A stretch of 64,000 nucleotides of DNA from Heptranchias perlo (lineage: Eukaryota): NCBI RefSeq assembly GCF_035084215.1, contig NC_090345.1, positions 3,906,001 to 3,970,000 on the forward strand, written 5' to 3'. Below, piece after piece: positions 12,432 through 24,261 of the stretch. Within the stretch, counting starts at the first letter, position 1. Every line of letters starts with the position of its first letter. A program made the translations under genes and the position numbers. The notes beneath the pieces are model-generated. The model ran no database searches, was not told where the DNA came from, and saw only the letters and a program-made list of their open reading frames with translations.

Positions 12432-13796
12432 TTACTGGATGAGTTATTCAGTTAAGCCTCTTCTGCTAACAATATACCTCAACTCTAACCTCAGAACACC
12501 TCTCACCTGAGACATTTCTGTTTACCGCCGTCCCTTTTCTTTCCGTGTGGGACCACCAGTTAGCACAAGAACTACCAGTCCCAGTAGTTAGCAGGTTGAT
12601 CTACTTCTAAACACATTTCTTTCAGCCCCACGCAGGCGGCAGAGAGGTAAGAGGTTCATCCCATTAGTGAGACCTCAGTTCAAATCCAGGTCCCGAGGAT
12701 GAAAGGGTAACTCCAACTTTAATAAAACTCAAAACAATACTTCCAGAAACAGCAAGAGGAGGGCATAGGGTCTGGGTTATGAAGGGCAAGCCAAGGACAG
12801 GTGCCAGTGCTGATCAACAGCTGTAACTGGTTGCCAGGAAGGTTGATTTGAGAACTGAACAGCTGGATGCTGGGCTGGAAAGAGAGTAGGGTTGGTATTC
12901 TGGAAGGATGAGATGGGTCAGGTAGAGAAAGCCATATAGCAAAAGTGCTGTGCGTAAGAGAATGGGCAGAAATTTAATTTTAACAAGTTTTTAATAGGAG
13001 GCTTTTTAAAAGTGTGTGTAATTATAGACCCTGCATTTCATGCTCCATCACATTAGAGATCAGTTATAAGCTCTCATAGATTGATACGCATCAGTGCCTT
13101 GTGAGACCGACATGCTACTGCAACCAGAAGGAGCATCCGTAACCTTTTATACCGAAACGTGGGAAATTAGCGGTAAATAGTCACAAAACTTAAACGTCCA
13201 GTCAAAAAACACAGTGTCTGGGTATTACTCAACTGAAGTCTGTCCTCTGAGGCTGAACCTTTTGGTTCTTTTCATTTATAGACATGCTGGAACTAGCACG
13301 TGTTGTGGGTTAGAGGGGTTACACGGCCTGGTGATGGGAGGCTGCTGGATTCATGTCTGATTTTCTCCCCTTCCTGTCCCAGATGTGCTAACCCGTGCTG
13401 GGATACAGTGTATTCATTCAGACCATCAGGCTCAGTAATTCTCCCTGGCTCCTTCCCCTGATCCCTTCAGCACTCAAAACAAATAATTGGGGGGGAAAAG
13501 GAGAGTGAATAATTGTCCAATTAAAGGAGCTGGGATATCGAGTGGGCAGAAAAAGAGGGGATTCAAGGTGGGGTGGGGGGGTGGGGTGGGAGACAGGCCG
13601 ACTTTTTTTTCATTGTGATCCCCTCCCTCTCCATTCTTCCGCTGCCACCTCCACAGTCGGGCAGCCATCAGTGGGCTCCCAGGATGGTCTGAAATCAGTG
13701 GATACACTGGGGGACACAGGGCTTCTCTGTGCCACTGCCAAGCAGCCTGGAGGTGAGACCACCAGACATTGCAGGTTTCATATAAACAGCGAGTGT

Positions 13797-13802
13797 TTTA
13801 TT
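13797..13802 (-). terminator. DPCD polyadenylation signal
   Basis: TTTATT on + (AATAAA on -) about 295 nt downstream of the DPCD stop. Confidence 0.6.
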
Positions 13803-14096
13803 GGTGGTCTGTAACTTACAATGCGACTGGGAGTGGTGGTAATATTGCCCTTCACCTCCAAAGTCATTAATGCCCTTCCTATTCTCCCCTCCCGCTCCCC
13901 TCCCTCCCTCCCCTCACACCCCATGTCACCCAGTGCACTGTGCTGACCTGGGCCACAGAGTTTCACCTTTTATCAGCACAGCTGCTGCTACAGTGCTCGG
14001 CTCCTTCACACAAGACACCCCCCCCCCCACCCCTCGAAGTAGATTCCACGCTGCGGAGTTGATTTTAGGCGGGCCGGAGTGTTTCTGATGTCTGAA

Positions 14097-14201
14097 TCAC
14101 TGCGTTTTACATTCCACGTCTCCGTCCTCAGCCACCTTCATCTTCTTCAGCTCCCGCAGCACCTCCTGTTCCAGCTGCAAGATTTCTGTCGGCTTTTGAT
14201 A
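14097..14201 (-). CDS. DPCD: DPCD exon 6 (last coding)
   Basis: cag acceptor; YQKPTEILQLEQEVLRELKKMKVAEDGDVECKTQ* matches the DPCD C-terminus ending CKTQ. Confidence 0.95.
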   Translation of the reverse strand, partial: YQKPTEILQLEQEVLRELKKMKVAEDGDVECKTQ

Positions 14202-14691
14202 CTGAGGGGGAATAAATCCCAGTTAATATATTTAAAATATTAAAAATCTTAACACCTCAACCATGCCTTCTCTCCTGTGGCCTCTCCCACGGTCTCGATC
14301 ACAGACAAGGCCATCTCCAACCCGTTCCTTGTATCCCTCACCACCCACATCCCACTTCTTTACACATCCACCCCTGGAATAAAAACTTTCCCCCCAGTCA
14401 CTCACAACTCCGCTATCAAAATCCCAACGGTCTAGCCTCTGACCCTCCATTCACCATGATAATTCTGCAACCACTGATCTGCTCAACCACTCCCTCACCT
14501 CTACTTTTGACGTCCTTGTCCCAGCAAAACCCTTATTCTCTCTCACCCCAGCCGTTCCCCCTGGAATGGCCCCCATCTTTACTCCCTCAAGCTCAAGGAG
14601 TGCCGACATGAGCATGTCTTACACACAACTGGTTTAAATCATCAAGCACTATTGGGCGTCACTGATGAAAAGTTTAGGAGTACGCACTCTA

Positions 14692-14865
<174 letters not shown>

Positions 14866-14877
14866 TCAGTCTCAACG

Positions 14878-15213
14878 GCAACAATTTGCATTTATACAGC
14901 GCCTTTCATGTCCTCAGAATGTCCCAAAGTGCTTCACAGCCAATAAAGTATTTTTGAAGTGTAGTCACTGTTGTAATGTAGGAAACTTGGCAACCAATTT
15001 GCGCACAACACGATCCCACAAACAGCAATGTGACAATGACCAGATAATCTGTTTTAGTGATGTTGGTTGAGGGAGGAACATTGACCAGGATACCGGGTCG
15101 AACTCTCCTGCTCTTCTTCAAAATGGTGGCCGTGGGATCTTTTAGAGAGCAGACAGGGCCTCGGTTTAACGCCTCATCCGAAAGACTGCACCTTCGACAG
15201 TGCAACACTCCCT
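14878..15213 (-). mobile_element. Deu-domain SINE
   Basis: Reverse complement of the same core and tail. Confidence 0.8.
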
Positions 15214-15242
15214 TAGACATTTCTTTAAAAATGTCATTCAGG

Positions 15243-15610
15243 CTACCCGATAGCTCAATGGGTAAGTGCATTGCTCAGTGTGGCAGAGTCTTATGGATCA
15301 GGAGAGTCCAGGGTTCCACCACATTGAGTTGGCCAGTCCACCCGGTATCAATAGGGGAGGGACAATCAGCCTCGGGACCTCAGGTGGGGGGGGGGGGGCT
15401 GGGGCTGTGCAATATCAGGGATTCTGCTCCCAATCATGAGTGTGTGTGCGTGTACATGTGGGTAGGGAAGAGAGACAGGATTGGGTTCTGTCCACAAGTC
15501 CTTGGTGACTCCAATAACCTGAATAACGGGCTATTGGGGGAGTTAGCAGAGAGCAGCCAGCGCCCAGGGAACCCGTACCCAGCAGGAGTCGGCAGCATCG
15601 GCAGGGGGTC
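15243..15610 (+). mobile_element. Third, older SINE-like dispersed family (relatives at about 4640-5668 -, 30160-30560 +, 58810-59060 -, 59998-60335 +, 61490-61860 +)
   Basis: Shared TAGCTCA..GG head, AATCAGCCAGGGTTCC and TGAATAG.CTGCCAA blocks across copies. Confidence 0.55.
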
Positions 15611-16089
15611 GGGGGGAGAAAACTTTAGAGCTAAAAGGAAAAACTGAAAATGCTGGAAAACCCAAGATAAAAACAGAAAATGTGGAAATACTGTGGCAAA
15701 TGGAATTCAATGTAGACAAATGTGAGGTCATCCACTTTGGACCAAAAAAGGATAGAACAGGGTACTTTCTAAATGGTAAAAAGTTAAAAACAGTGGATGT
15801 CCAAAGGGGCTTAGGGGTTCAGGTACATAGATCATTCAAGTGTCATGAACAGGTACAGAAAATAATCAATAAGGCTAATGGAATGCTGGCCTTTATATCT
15901 AGAGGACTAGAGTACAAGGGGGCAGAAGTGATGCTGTAGCTATACAAAACCCTGGTTAGACCACACCTGGAGTACTGTGAGCAGTTCTGGGCACCGCACC
16001 TTCGGAAGGACATATTGGCCTTGGAGGGAGTGCAGCGTAGGTTTACTAGAATGATACCCAGACTTCAAGGGTTAAGTTACGAGGAGAGA

Positions 16090-19000
16090 TTTTTTTTTTT
16101 TTATTCGTTCACGGGATGTGGGCGTCGCTGGCAAGGCCGGCATTTATTGCCCATCCCTAATTGCCCTTGAGAAGGTGGTGGTGAGCCGCCTTCTTGAACC
16201 GCTGCAGTCCGTGTGGTGACGGTTCTCCCACAGTGCTGTTAGGAAGGGAGTTCCAGGATTTTGACCCGGCGACAATGAAGGAACGGCGATATATTTCCAA
16301 GTCGGGATGGTGTGTGACTTGGAGGGGAACGTGCAGGTGGTGTTGTTCCCATGCGCCTGCTGCCCTTGTCCTTCTAGGTGGTAGAGGTCGCGGGTTTGGG
16401 AGGTGCTGTCGAAGAAGCCTTGGCGAGTTGCTGCAGTGCATCCTGTGGATGGTGCACACTGCAGCCACAGTGCGCCGGTGGTGAAGGGAGTGAATGTTTA
16501 GGGTGGTGGATGGGGTGCCAATCAAGCGGGCTGCTTTATCTTGGATGGTGTCGAGCTTCTTGAGTGTTGTTGGAGCTGCACTCATCTAGGCAAGTGGAGA
16601 GTATTCCATCACACTCCTGACTTGTGCCTTGTAGATGGTGGAAAGGCTTTGGGGAGTCAGGAGGTGAGTCACTCGCCGCAGAATACCCAGCCTCTGACCT
16701 GCTCTCGTAGCCACAGTATTTATATGGCTGGTCCAGTTAAGTTTCTGGTCAATGGTGACCCCCAGGATGTTGATGGTGGGGGATTCGGCGATGGTAATGC
16801 CGTTGAATGTCATGGGGAGGTGGTTAGACTCTCTCTTGTTGGAGATGGTCATTGCCTGGCACTTATCTGGCGCGAATGTTACTTGCCACTTATCAGCCCA
16901 AGCCTGGATGTTGTCCAGGTCTTGCTGCATGCGGGCTCGGACTGCTTCATTATCTGAGGGGTTGCGAATGGAACTGAACACTGTGCAGTCATCAGCGAAC
17001 ATCCCCATTTCTGACCTTATGATGGAGGGAAGGTCATTGATGAAGCAGCTGAAGATGGTTGGGCCTAGGACACTGCCCTGAGGAACTCCTGCAGCAATGC
17101 CCTGGGGCTGAGATGCTTGGCCTCCAACAACCACTACCATCTTCCTTTGTGCTAGGTATGACTCCAGCCACTGGAGAGTATTCCCCCTGATTCCCATTGA
17201 CTTCAATTTTACTAGGGCTCCTTGGTGCCACACTCGGTCAAATGCTGCCTTGATGTCAAGGGCAGTCACTCTCACCTCACCTCTGGAATTCAGCTCTTTT
17301 GTCCATGTTTGGACCAAGGCTGTAATGAGGTCTGGAGCCGAGTGGTCCTGGCGGAACCCAAACTGAGCATCGGTGAGCAGGTTATTGGTGAGTAAGTGCC
17401 GCTTGATAGCACTGTCGACGACACCTTCCATCACTTTGCTGATGATTGAGAGTAGACTGATGGGGCGGTAATTGGCCGGATTGGATTTGTCCTGCTTTTT
17501 GTGGACAGGACATACCTGGGCAATTTTCCACATTGTCGGGTGGATGCCAGTGTTGTAGCTGTACTGGAACAGCTTGGCTAGAGGCGCAGCTAGTTCTGGA
17601 GCACAAGTCTTCAGCACTACAGCTGGGATGTTGTCGGGGCCCATAGCCTTTGCTGTATCCAGTGCACTCAGCCGTTTCTTGATATCACGTGGAGTGAATC
17701 GAATTGGCCGAAGACTGGCTTCCGTGATGGTGGGGATATCGGGAGGAGGCTGAGATGGATTATCCACTCGGCACTTCTGGCTGAAGATGGTTGCAAACGC
17801 TTCAGCCTTGTCTTTTGCACTCACGTGCTGGACTCCGCCATCATTGAGAATGGGGATGTTTGCAGAGCCTCCTCCTCCCGTTAGTTGTTTAATTGTCCAC
17901 CACCATTCACGACTGGATATGGCAGGACTGCAGAGCTTTGATCTGATCCGTTGGTTGTGGAATCGCTTAGCTCTGTCGATAGCATGTTGCTTCCGCTGTT
18001 TAGCATGCATGTAGTCCTGAGTTGTAGCTTCACCAGGTTGGCACCTCATTTTTAGGTACGCCTGGTGCTGCTCCTGGCATGCTCTTCTACACTCCTCACT
18101 GAACCAGGGTTGATCCCCTGGCTTGTTGGTAATGGTAGAGTGAGGAATATGCCGGGTCATGAGGTTACAGATTGTGCTGGAATACAATTCTGCTGCTGCT
18201 GATGGCCCACAGCGCCTCATGGATGCCCAGTTTTGAGCTGCTAGATCTGTTCTGAATCTATCCCATTTAGCACGGTGGTAGTGCCACACAACACGTTGGA
18301 TGGTGTCCTCAGTGCGAAGACGGGATTTCATCTCCACGAGGACTGTGCGGTGGTCACTCCTACCAATACTGTCATGGACAGATGCATTTGCGACAGGTAG
18401 ATTGGTGAGGACGAGGTCAAGTAAGTTTTTCCCTCGTGTTGGTTCGCTCACCACTTGCCGCAGGCCCAGTCTAGCAGCTATGTCCTTCAGGACTCGGCCA
18501 GCTCGGTCAGTAGTGGTGCTACCGAGCCACTCTTGGTGATGGACATTGAAGTCCCCCACCCAGAGTACATTTTGTGCCCTTGCTACCCTCAGTGCTTCCT
18601 CCAAGTGGTGTTCAACATGGAGGAGGACTGATTCATCAGCTGAGGGAGGACGGTAGGTGGTAATCAGCAGGAGGTTTCCTTGCCCATGTTTGACCTGATG
18701 CCATGAGATTTCATGGGGTCCAGAGTCAATGTTGAGGACTCCCAGGGCCACTCCCTCCTGACTGTATATCACTGTACCGCCACCTCTGGTGGGTCTGTCC
18801 TGCCGGTGGGACAGGACATACCCAGGGATGGTGATGGAAGAGTCTGGGACGTTGGCTGAAAGATATGATTCTGTGAGTATGGCTATGTCAGGCTGTTGCT
18901 TGACTAGTCTGTGGGACAGCTCTCCCAATTTTGGCACAAGTCCCCAGATGTTAGTAAGGAGGGTCGACTGGGCTTGGTGTTTTGCCGTTGTCGTGTCCGG

Positions 19001-19410
19001 TGCCTAGCGGTCCGATGCCGGGTGGTCCGTCCGGTTTTATTCTTATTATGACTTTTCGTAGCGAGATTTTACAACTGAGTGGCTTGCTAGGCCATTTCAG
19101 AGGGCAATTAAGAATCAACCACATTGCTGTGGGTCTGGAGTCACATATAGGCCAGACCGGGTAAGGACGGCAGGTTTCCTTCCCTAAAGGACATTAGTGA
19201 ACCAGATGGGTTTTTACGATAATCCGGTAGTTTCATGCACACCATTACTGATACTAGTATTTTAATTCCAGATTTTTATTTTAATTAATTGAATTTAATT
19301 AATTGAATTTAAATTCGCCAGCTGCCGTGGCGGGATTTGAACTCATGACTCTGGATTTTAGTCCAGGCCTCTGGATTACTAGCCCAGTAACATAACCACT
19401 ATGCTACCGT
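16090..19410 (-). mobile_element. Near full-length non-LTR retrotransposon: tRNA-derived Pol III head + single APE-endonuclease/RT ORF + poly(A)
   Basis: A box TAGCATAGTGG (19406-19396), B box GAGTTCAAATCC (19344-19333). ORF motifs NIWGL, GDFN, SDH, PQGSVLGP, FADD, WNSLP. T-run 16090-16102 is the poly(A); AGATT duplicated at 16087 and 19411. Confidence 0.93.
16157..19003 (-). pseudogene. EN-RT ORF2-like frame broken by a single in-frame TAG (16586-16588)
   Basis: The 783-aa and 142-aa ORFs are in one frame; the related copy near 22350 has TGG at this position. Confidence 0.9.
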
Positions 19411-19912
19411 AGATTACACAAATTGGGGTTGTATTCTCCAGAGTTTAGGATGTTAAGGGGTGATCTGATCGAAGTTTATAAGATATTAAGGGGAACAGAT
19501 AGGGTGGATAGAGAGAAACTATTTCCGCTGGTTGGGGATTCTAGGAGTAGGGGGCACAGTCTAAAAATTAGAGCCAGACCTTTCAGGAATGAGATTAGAA
19601 AACACTTCTACACACAAAGGGTGGTAGAAGTTTGGAACTCTCTTCCGCAAACCGCAATTGATGCTTGCTCAATTGCTAATTTTAAATCTGAGATAGCTAG
19701 CTTTTTGCCAAACAAAGGTATTAAGGGATATGGGCCAAAGGCAGGTATATGGAGCTAGATCACAGATCAGCCATGATCTTATCAAATGGCGGAGCAGGCA
19801 CGAGGGGCTGAATGGCCTACTCCTGTTCCTATGTTCCTAAATACACAGCAGATCCAGCAGTGTCAGAGACAGCTCGAGCACAGAATCTTCATCGGAACCG
19901 TAAAACTAATTA

Positions 19913-20059
<147 letters not shown>

Positions 20060-20326
20060 TTAAATAAATATATATATATATATATATATATACACAAATT
20101 ATATTTAAAAAGTATCAGTAGACATTACAATATATTGTTAAAGTCAGCTGGGAGGTCCGAGATTGGTGGAAACCATCTTCAGGCTGAACTGTGTCACTCA
20201 CACAGGTAGTTTGTGCTCGTCCAATAAGGAGTGCGCACTCTTCCACCAGGGGGGGCACACCCACTGAACTAAATCCAGAGAACTTAGGCACAGAGTCATT
20301 TATGCTCTTTGTTTAAGCCCACTTAC

Positions 20327-20451
20327 ATTGCTGCTACTTTCCTGTATCAGCTGCTGCTCCAGGCTCCCGACTGCTCTGGAAAACGCTTCCCCCACCTCGA
20401 ACTGCCACTGTCCAGGGGCTCCCAGTGTATTATTCTGCTTCCACTTTCTAA
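20327..20451 (-). CDS. DPCD: DPCD exon 3
   Basis: 125 nt, tag/gtaagt; VRKWKQNNTLGAPGQWQFEVGEAFSRAVGSLEQQLIQESSSN. Confidence 0.95.
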
Positions 20452-20743
20452 CTACAATCAGAGAAGAGTCTCAATGTGATCAGTATATAAATCAACAAAT
20501 ACATACAGCATGCAACATTCTAAGGAAACCTGTAATCTGTTAAGAAGTAGTAGTGAAAAATGGACCCCTGTATTTATAGGATATAAACCCAAAAAAGACA
20601 CAGCCCGATTCATTGTTCTAGATTTTCACCATTCACGCCACTGACAGCTATTCAGAGAAGTTGAATTCATTGTCTAAATTTGCTCCTGAATTGAACTGGA
20701 CCAAAATGGAAGGCTGTCTCCCAGCACAGCCAAGAAACTTGGC

Positions 20744-21034
20744 AGTGTTTAATGGGACAGAGAGGAGGGAGTTTTATTCTGCATCTAACCCATGCTGTAC
20801 CTGCCCTGGGAGTGTTTGAATGGGACAGTGTAGAGGGAGCTTTACTCTGTATCTAACCCGTATTGTATCTGCCCTGGGAGTGTTTGATGGGACAGTGTAG
20901 AGGGAGCTTTACTCTGTACCTGCCCTGGGAGTGTTTGACGGGACAGTGTAGAGGGAGCTTTACTCTGTATCTAACCCGTGCTGTACCTGCCCTGGGAGTG
21001 TTTGATGGGACAGTTTAGCGGGAGCTTTATTCTG
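20744..21034 (-). repeat. 67-bp array, degenerate (about 4 units)
   Basis: Reverse complement of the same unit. Confidence 0.9.
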
Positions 21035-21247
21035 CCTCTCCTGAGAATACTTGGTGCTGATACGATGTCCAAAACAGAAGTGATATCCCTTCCCAAGCAC
21101 TAATCCAAAACCACAAAAATTCACCCAAAAATATTTACATTTAAAAAAAATTTCCAAACCTTTTGTCAAATATAATCTCTCAAGTTCTGATCACACAGGC
21201 CTGAGCAGTAGGCAGTGCCAGGAATCGTACTTAAAAACATACGTCGT

Positions 21248-22695
21248 TTTTTAAAAAATTGTTCTCGGGATGTGGGCGTCACTGGCTGTATTTATTGCCC
21301 ATCCCTGAGAAGGTGGTGGTGAGCTGCCTTCTTGAGCCGCTGCAGTCCGTGTGGTGAAGGTTCTCCCACAGTGCTGTTAGGGAGGGAGCTCCAGGATAGT
21401 GGCCCAGTGAGATGAAGGAACGACGATATGTGTTCACGTCAGGATGGTGTGTCGCTTGGAGGCGGTGATTGCTCTCTTGTCCTTCTTGAGGGTAGAGGCC
21501 CTATTGCTGCATTGCTTTAAACAGGATTTATAAAGTTACTGCCACCACAGTGCAGTTATAATACAGGCTGGGTGGAAGCATCAGATAGTCCAGAACATCT
21601 TACAAAAAAACATAACTGTGCCCTCAGCTCTGTGCATGGAGAAGGCAAAGTCTTACGAAGACAGACAGTAGTGCACCAGTTAACACAAGAAGTCAATCCC
21701 GGAAGAGAGGCAAGAGTAGCTACTCTCGACATCAAGGCAGCGTTCAACCAAGGGGCCCTCGCAAAACTGAAGTCAAATAGAAAACCCTTCAATAGATGGA
21801 GCCATATCTGACATAAAGGTTGTCAGAGGCCAATCACAGCCCCAGGACATCGCTGTAGGAGTTTCTCAGGGAAGCGTCCTTGTTCCAACTATCATCAACT
21901 GCTTCATCGATGACCTTCACTCCATCATAAGGTCAGGAACAGGACTGGTCACTGACAATTCCACAGTGTTCAGCTCCATTCACAACTCCTCTGATAATGA
22001 AGCAGCCCATGCCAGCCTACAGCAGGACCTGAATAACATCCTGGATTGGGCTGACAAGTGGTAGTTAATGACCATCTCCAACCAGAGAAAGCCCAGCCAC
22101 CTCCCTTTGACTTTCAATGGCATCACCATCGACTTCCCACCCCATCCCACCCACCCCCACATCCATCCAATATCCTGGGGATCACCACTGACTGAAAGCT
22201 GAACTGGATTAGCTACATCAACACTGTGGCTACAAATGCATGGCAGAGGCGGAGTACTCTGTGACACATATCTCATCTCCTAACCCCCTCAAAGCCTTTC
22301 CATCATCTACAAGGCCTAAGTAAGAAGTGTGCTGGCATACACAATGCTTGCCTGGCTGCAGCGTGTAAGATGTACAGGATGCACTGCAGCAACTCGCCAC
22401 GGTTACTTCGACAGCGACAGCACCTCCCCACCCCGCCTCGGGGACCAAGGGGAGCAATGTTGTGAGAGCACCATCACCTCCAAGTTGCCCTCCATCCTGT
22501 CTCGGGCATTTATCACCATTCCTTTGTCACTGGGTCAATATCCTGGATTTTCCCACCTAGCACCATTGTGGGAATACCTTCACCACACGGACTGCAAAAA
22601 GGAAGATTTACTCTCCTCCCCCGACCATCTCAGGTCAGGTAGGGATGGCCAATAAATGCAGCCTTTGCCCATTTCAACGACAATTTTTTTTTTTA
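21248..22695. mobile_element. Two degraded copies of the EN-RT family back to back (3' end on - at 21248-21560; RT to 3' end on + at 21660-22695)
   Basis: ATLDIKAAF and PQGSVL-like remnants plus the shared 3' tail, in opposite orientations. Confidence 0.75.
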
Positions 22696-22859
22696 AAAGA
22701 GTTGTATAACATGCCTTTGTATTCTATTTTAATGCACTTGCTACTCTTTTTGTTTTGATGGCTGCATTAATATAGTTCACAAAGAAATGTTAAACAAACC
22801 CATTAACCAGCACGCTGTCAGAGGAAGTTAAAGCCTGCTGTGAGCAATGTGATCCTTAC

Positions 22860-22940
22860 CCGTGAGTTGGTCGCTGGAGACTTCATACTCCTCTACCATT
22901 TCTCTGCCATCAGGAAACAAATAGTGAACTTTCCTCTGAC
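22860..22940 (-). CDS. DPCD: DPCD exon 2
   Basis: 81 nt, cag/gtaagg; GQRKVHYLFPDGREMVEEYEVSSDQLT. Confidence 0.95.
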
Positions 22941-23369
22941 CTGGGGGGGGGGGGGGGTAGGGTGGGGAAGAGAGGAGAAACAACTTCTCAGAACAGGGGC
23001 TGGAGATTAGAGACTAATTGAGAGCTGGCAAATGTCAGAGCAAAATTAGGAGTCAGAGTTACAATCAGCACAAGTGACACAGACTGCAAAGCTACTTTCA
23101 TATATTGTGCAGTGAAGTATTAATGTTACACATTAAATTTTTAACCTCATGTCTGCCAATTCCAAAGACCTGATACTCAATCCCACCCAATCTCCCACGC
23201 TGCAGTCTCTTTCATAATGCCCCAGTCTTGCCCCTTTCTCTGCACCAGCAGTGTTTTGTCTGTACTCTTTGCTTTACTTGCCTGCTAACAGAGTTTGCAC
23301 AATATCCCCCTCCCCCAGCACTGATTTCTCTCCTTACACTCGAAAAGCTTCGCTGTGTACTCTGCTTCC

Positions 23370-24003
23370 CGCATACTTTCCTTTATTAGCCGAGGCGTAG
23401 AATATAAGAGCGTAGAGGTTATGCTGGAACTGTATAAAACATTGGTTAGGCCACAGCTTGAGTACAGTGTACAGTTCTGGTCACCACATTACAGGAAGGA
23501 TGTAATTGCACTAGAGAGGGTGCAGAGGAGATTTACGAGGATGTTGCCAGGACTGGAGAATTTTAGCTATGAGGAAAGATTGGATAAGCTGGGGTTGTTC
23601 TCTTTGGAACAAAGGAGGCCGAGGGGAGATTTAATTGTATAAAATTATGAGGGGCCTAGATAGAGTGGATAGGAAGGACCATTTTCCCTTAGCAGAGAGG
23701 TCAATAACCAGGGGGCATAGATTTAAAGTGACTGATAGAAGGATTAGAGGGGAGCTGAGGAGAATGTTTTCACCCAGAGGGTGGTGGGGGTCTGGAACTC
23801 ATTGCCTGAGAGGGTGGGAGAGGCAGAAACCCTCAATTTAAAAAGTACCTGGATGTGCACCTGAAGTGCCGTGACCTACAGGGCTACGGACCAAGTGCTG
23901 GAAAGTGGGATTAGGCTGGGGGGGGGGGGGGCTCATTTTCAGCCGGTGCGGAGACGATGGGCCAAATGGCCTCCTTCCCCGCTGTAAATTTCTATGATTC
24001 TAC
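23370..24003 (+). mobile_element. CR1 LINE 3' fragment
   Basis: [18 protein letters not shown]; TTCTATGATTCTA tail. Confidence 0.9.
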
Positions 24004-24053
24004 GCTCTATGGCCCCCACGTCTTTCTATCTTGAGTGTCCCTGGACCTCGCTC

Positions 24054-24168
24054 TAGGCTCCAGGCTCCGGGCTCCGGGCCCCGGGCTCCGGGCTCCGGGC
24101 CCCGGGCCCCGGGCTCCGGGCTCCGGGCTCCGGGCTCCGGGCTCCGGGCCCCGGGCCCCGGGCCCCGG
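24054..24168. repeat. GC-rich 7-bp repeat (GGGCTCC/GGGCCCC)n in DPCD intron 1
   Basis: Directly visible. Confidence 0.9.
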
Positions 24169-24197
24169 CCTCCCCTGTTTCCGACCCCCGGTCTCAC

Positions 24198-24261
24198 CCT
24201 CCTGCACCACCGCTGTTTTCTTTGCTCCCCGCAGACTCTCCAACCAACTCCGCGCCGCCAT
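24198..24261 (-). CDS. DPCD: DPCD exon 1 coding part
   Basis: ATG at 24261, MAARSWLESLRGAKKTAVVQE then gtgag donor. The six exons sum to 612 nt = 203 aa + stop with consistent phases. Confidence 0.95.

Larger units (their letters stand above)
15693..19838 (+). mobile_element. 5'-truncated CR1 LINE split by the tRNA-headed element (parts 15693-16091 and 19411-19838)
   Basis: WQMEFNVDKC..YEERL|HKLGLYS..WNSLP continues across the insertion; TTCCTATG-type tail. Confidence 0.9.

Noticed and set aside
16586-16588. Programmed stop-codon readthrough in the RT ORF
   Set aside because: A sister copy has TGG here, so a simple nonsense mutation is the parsimonious explanation.
19330-19410. Possible tRNA gene
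   Set aside because: A/B boxes are present but there is no complete cloverleaf or terminator; it is the head of a retroelement.
20243-20258. CCACCAGGGGGGGCAC as a CTCF site
   Set aside because: The G-run is too long for the core spacing; weak match.
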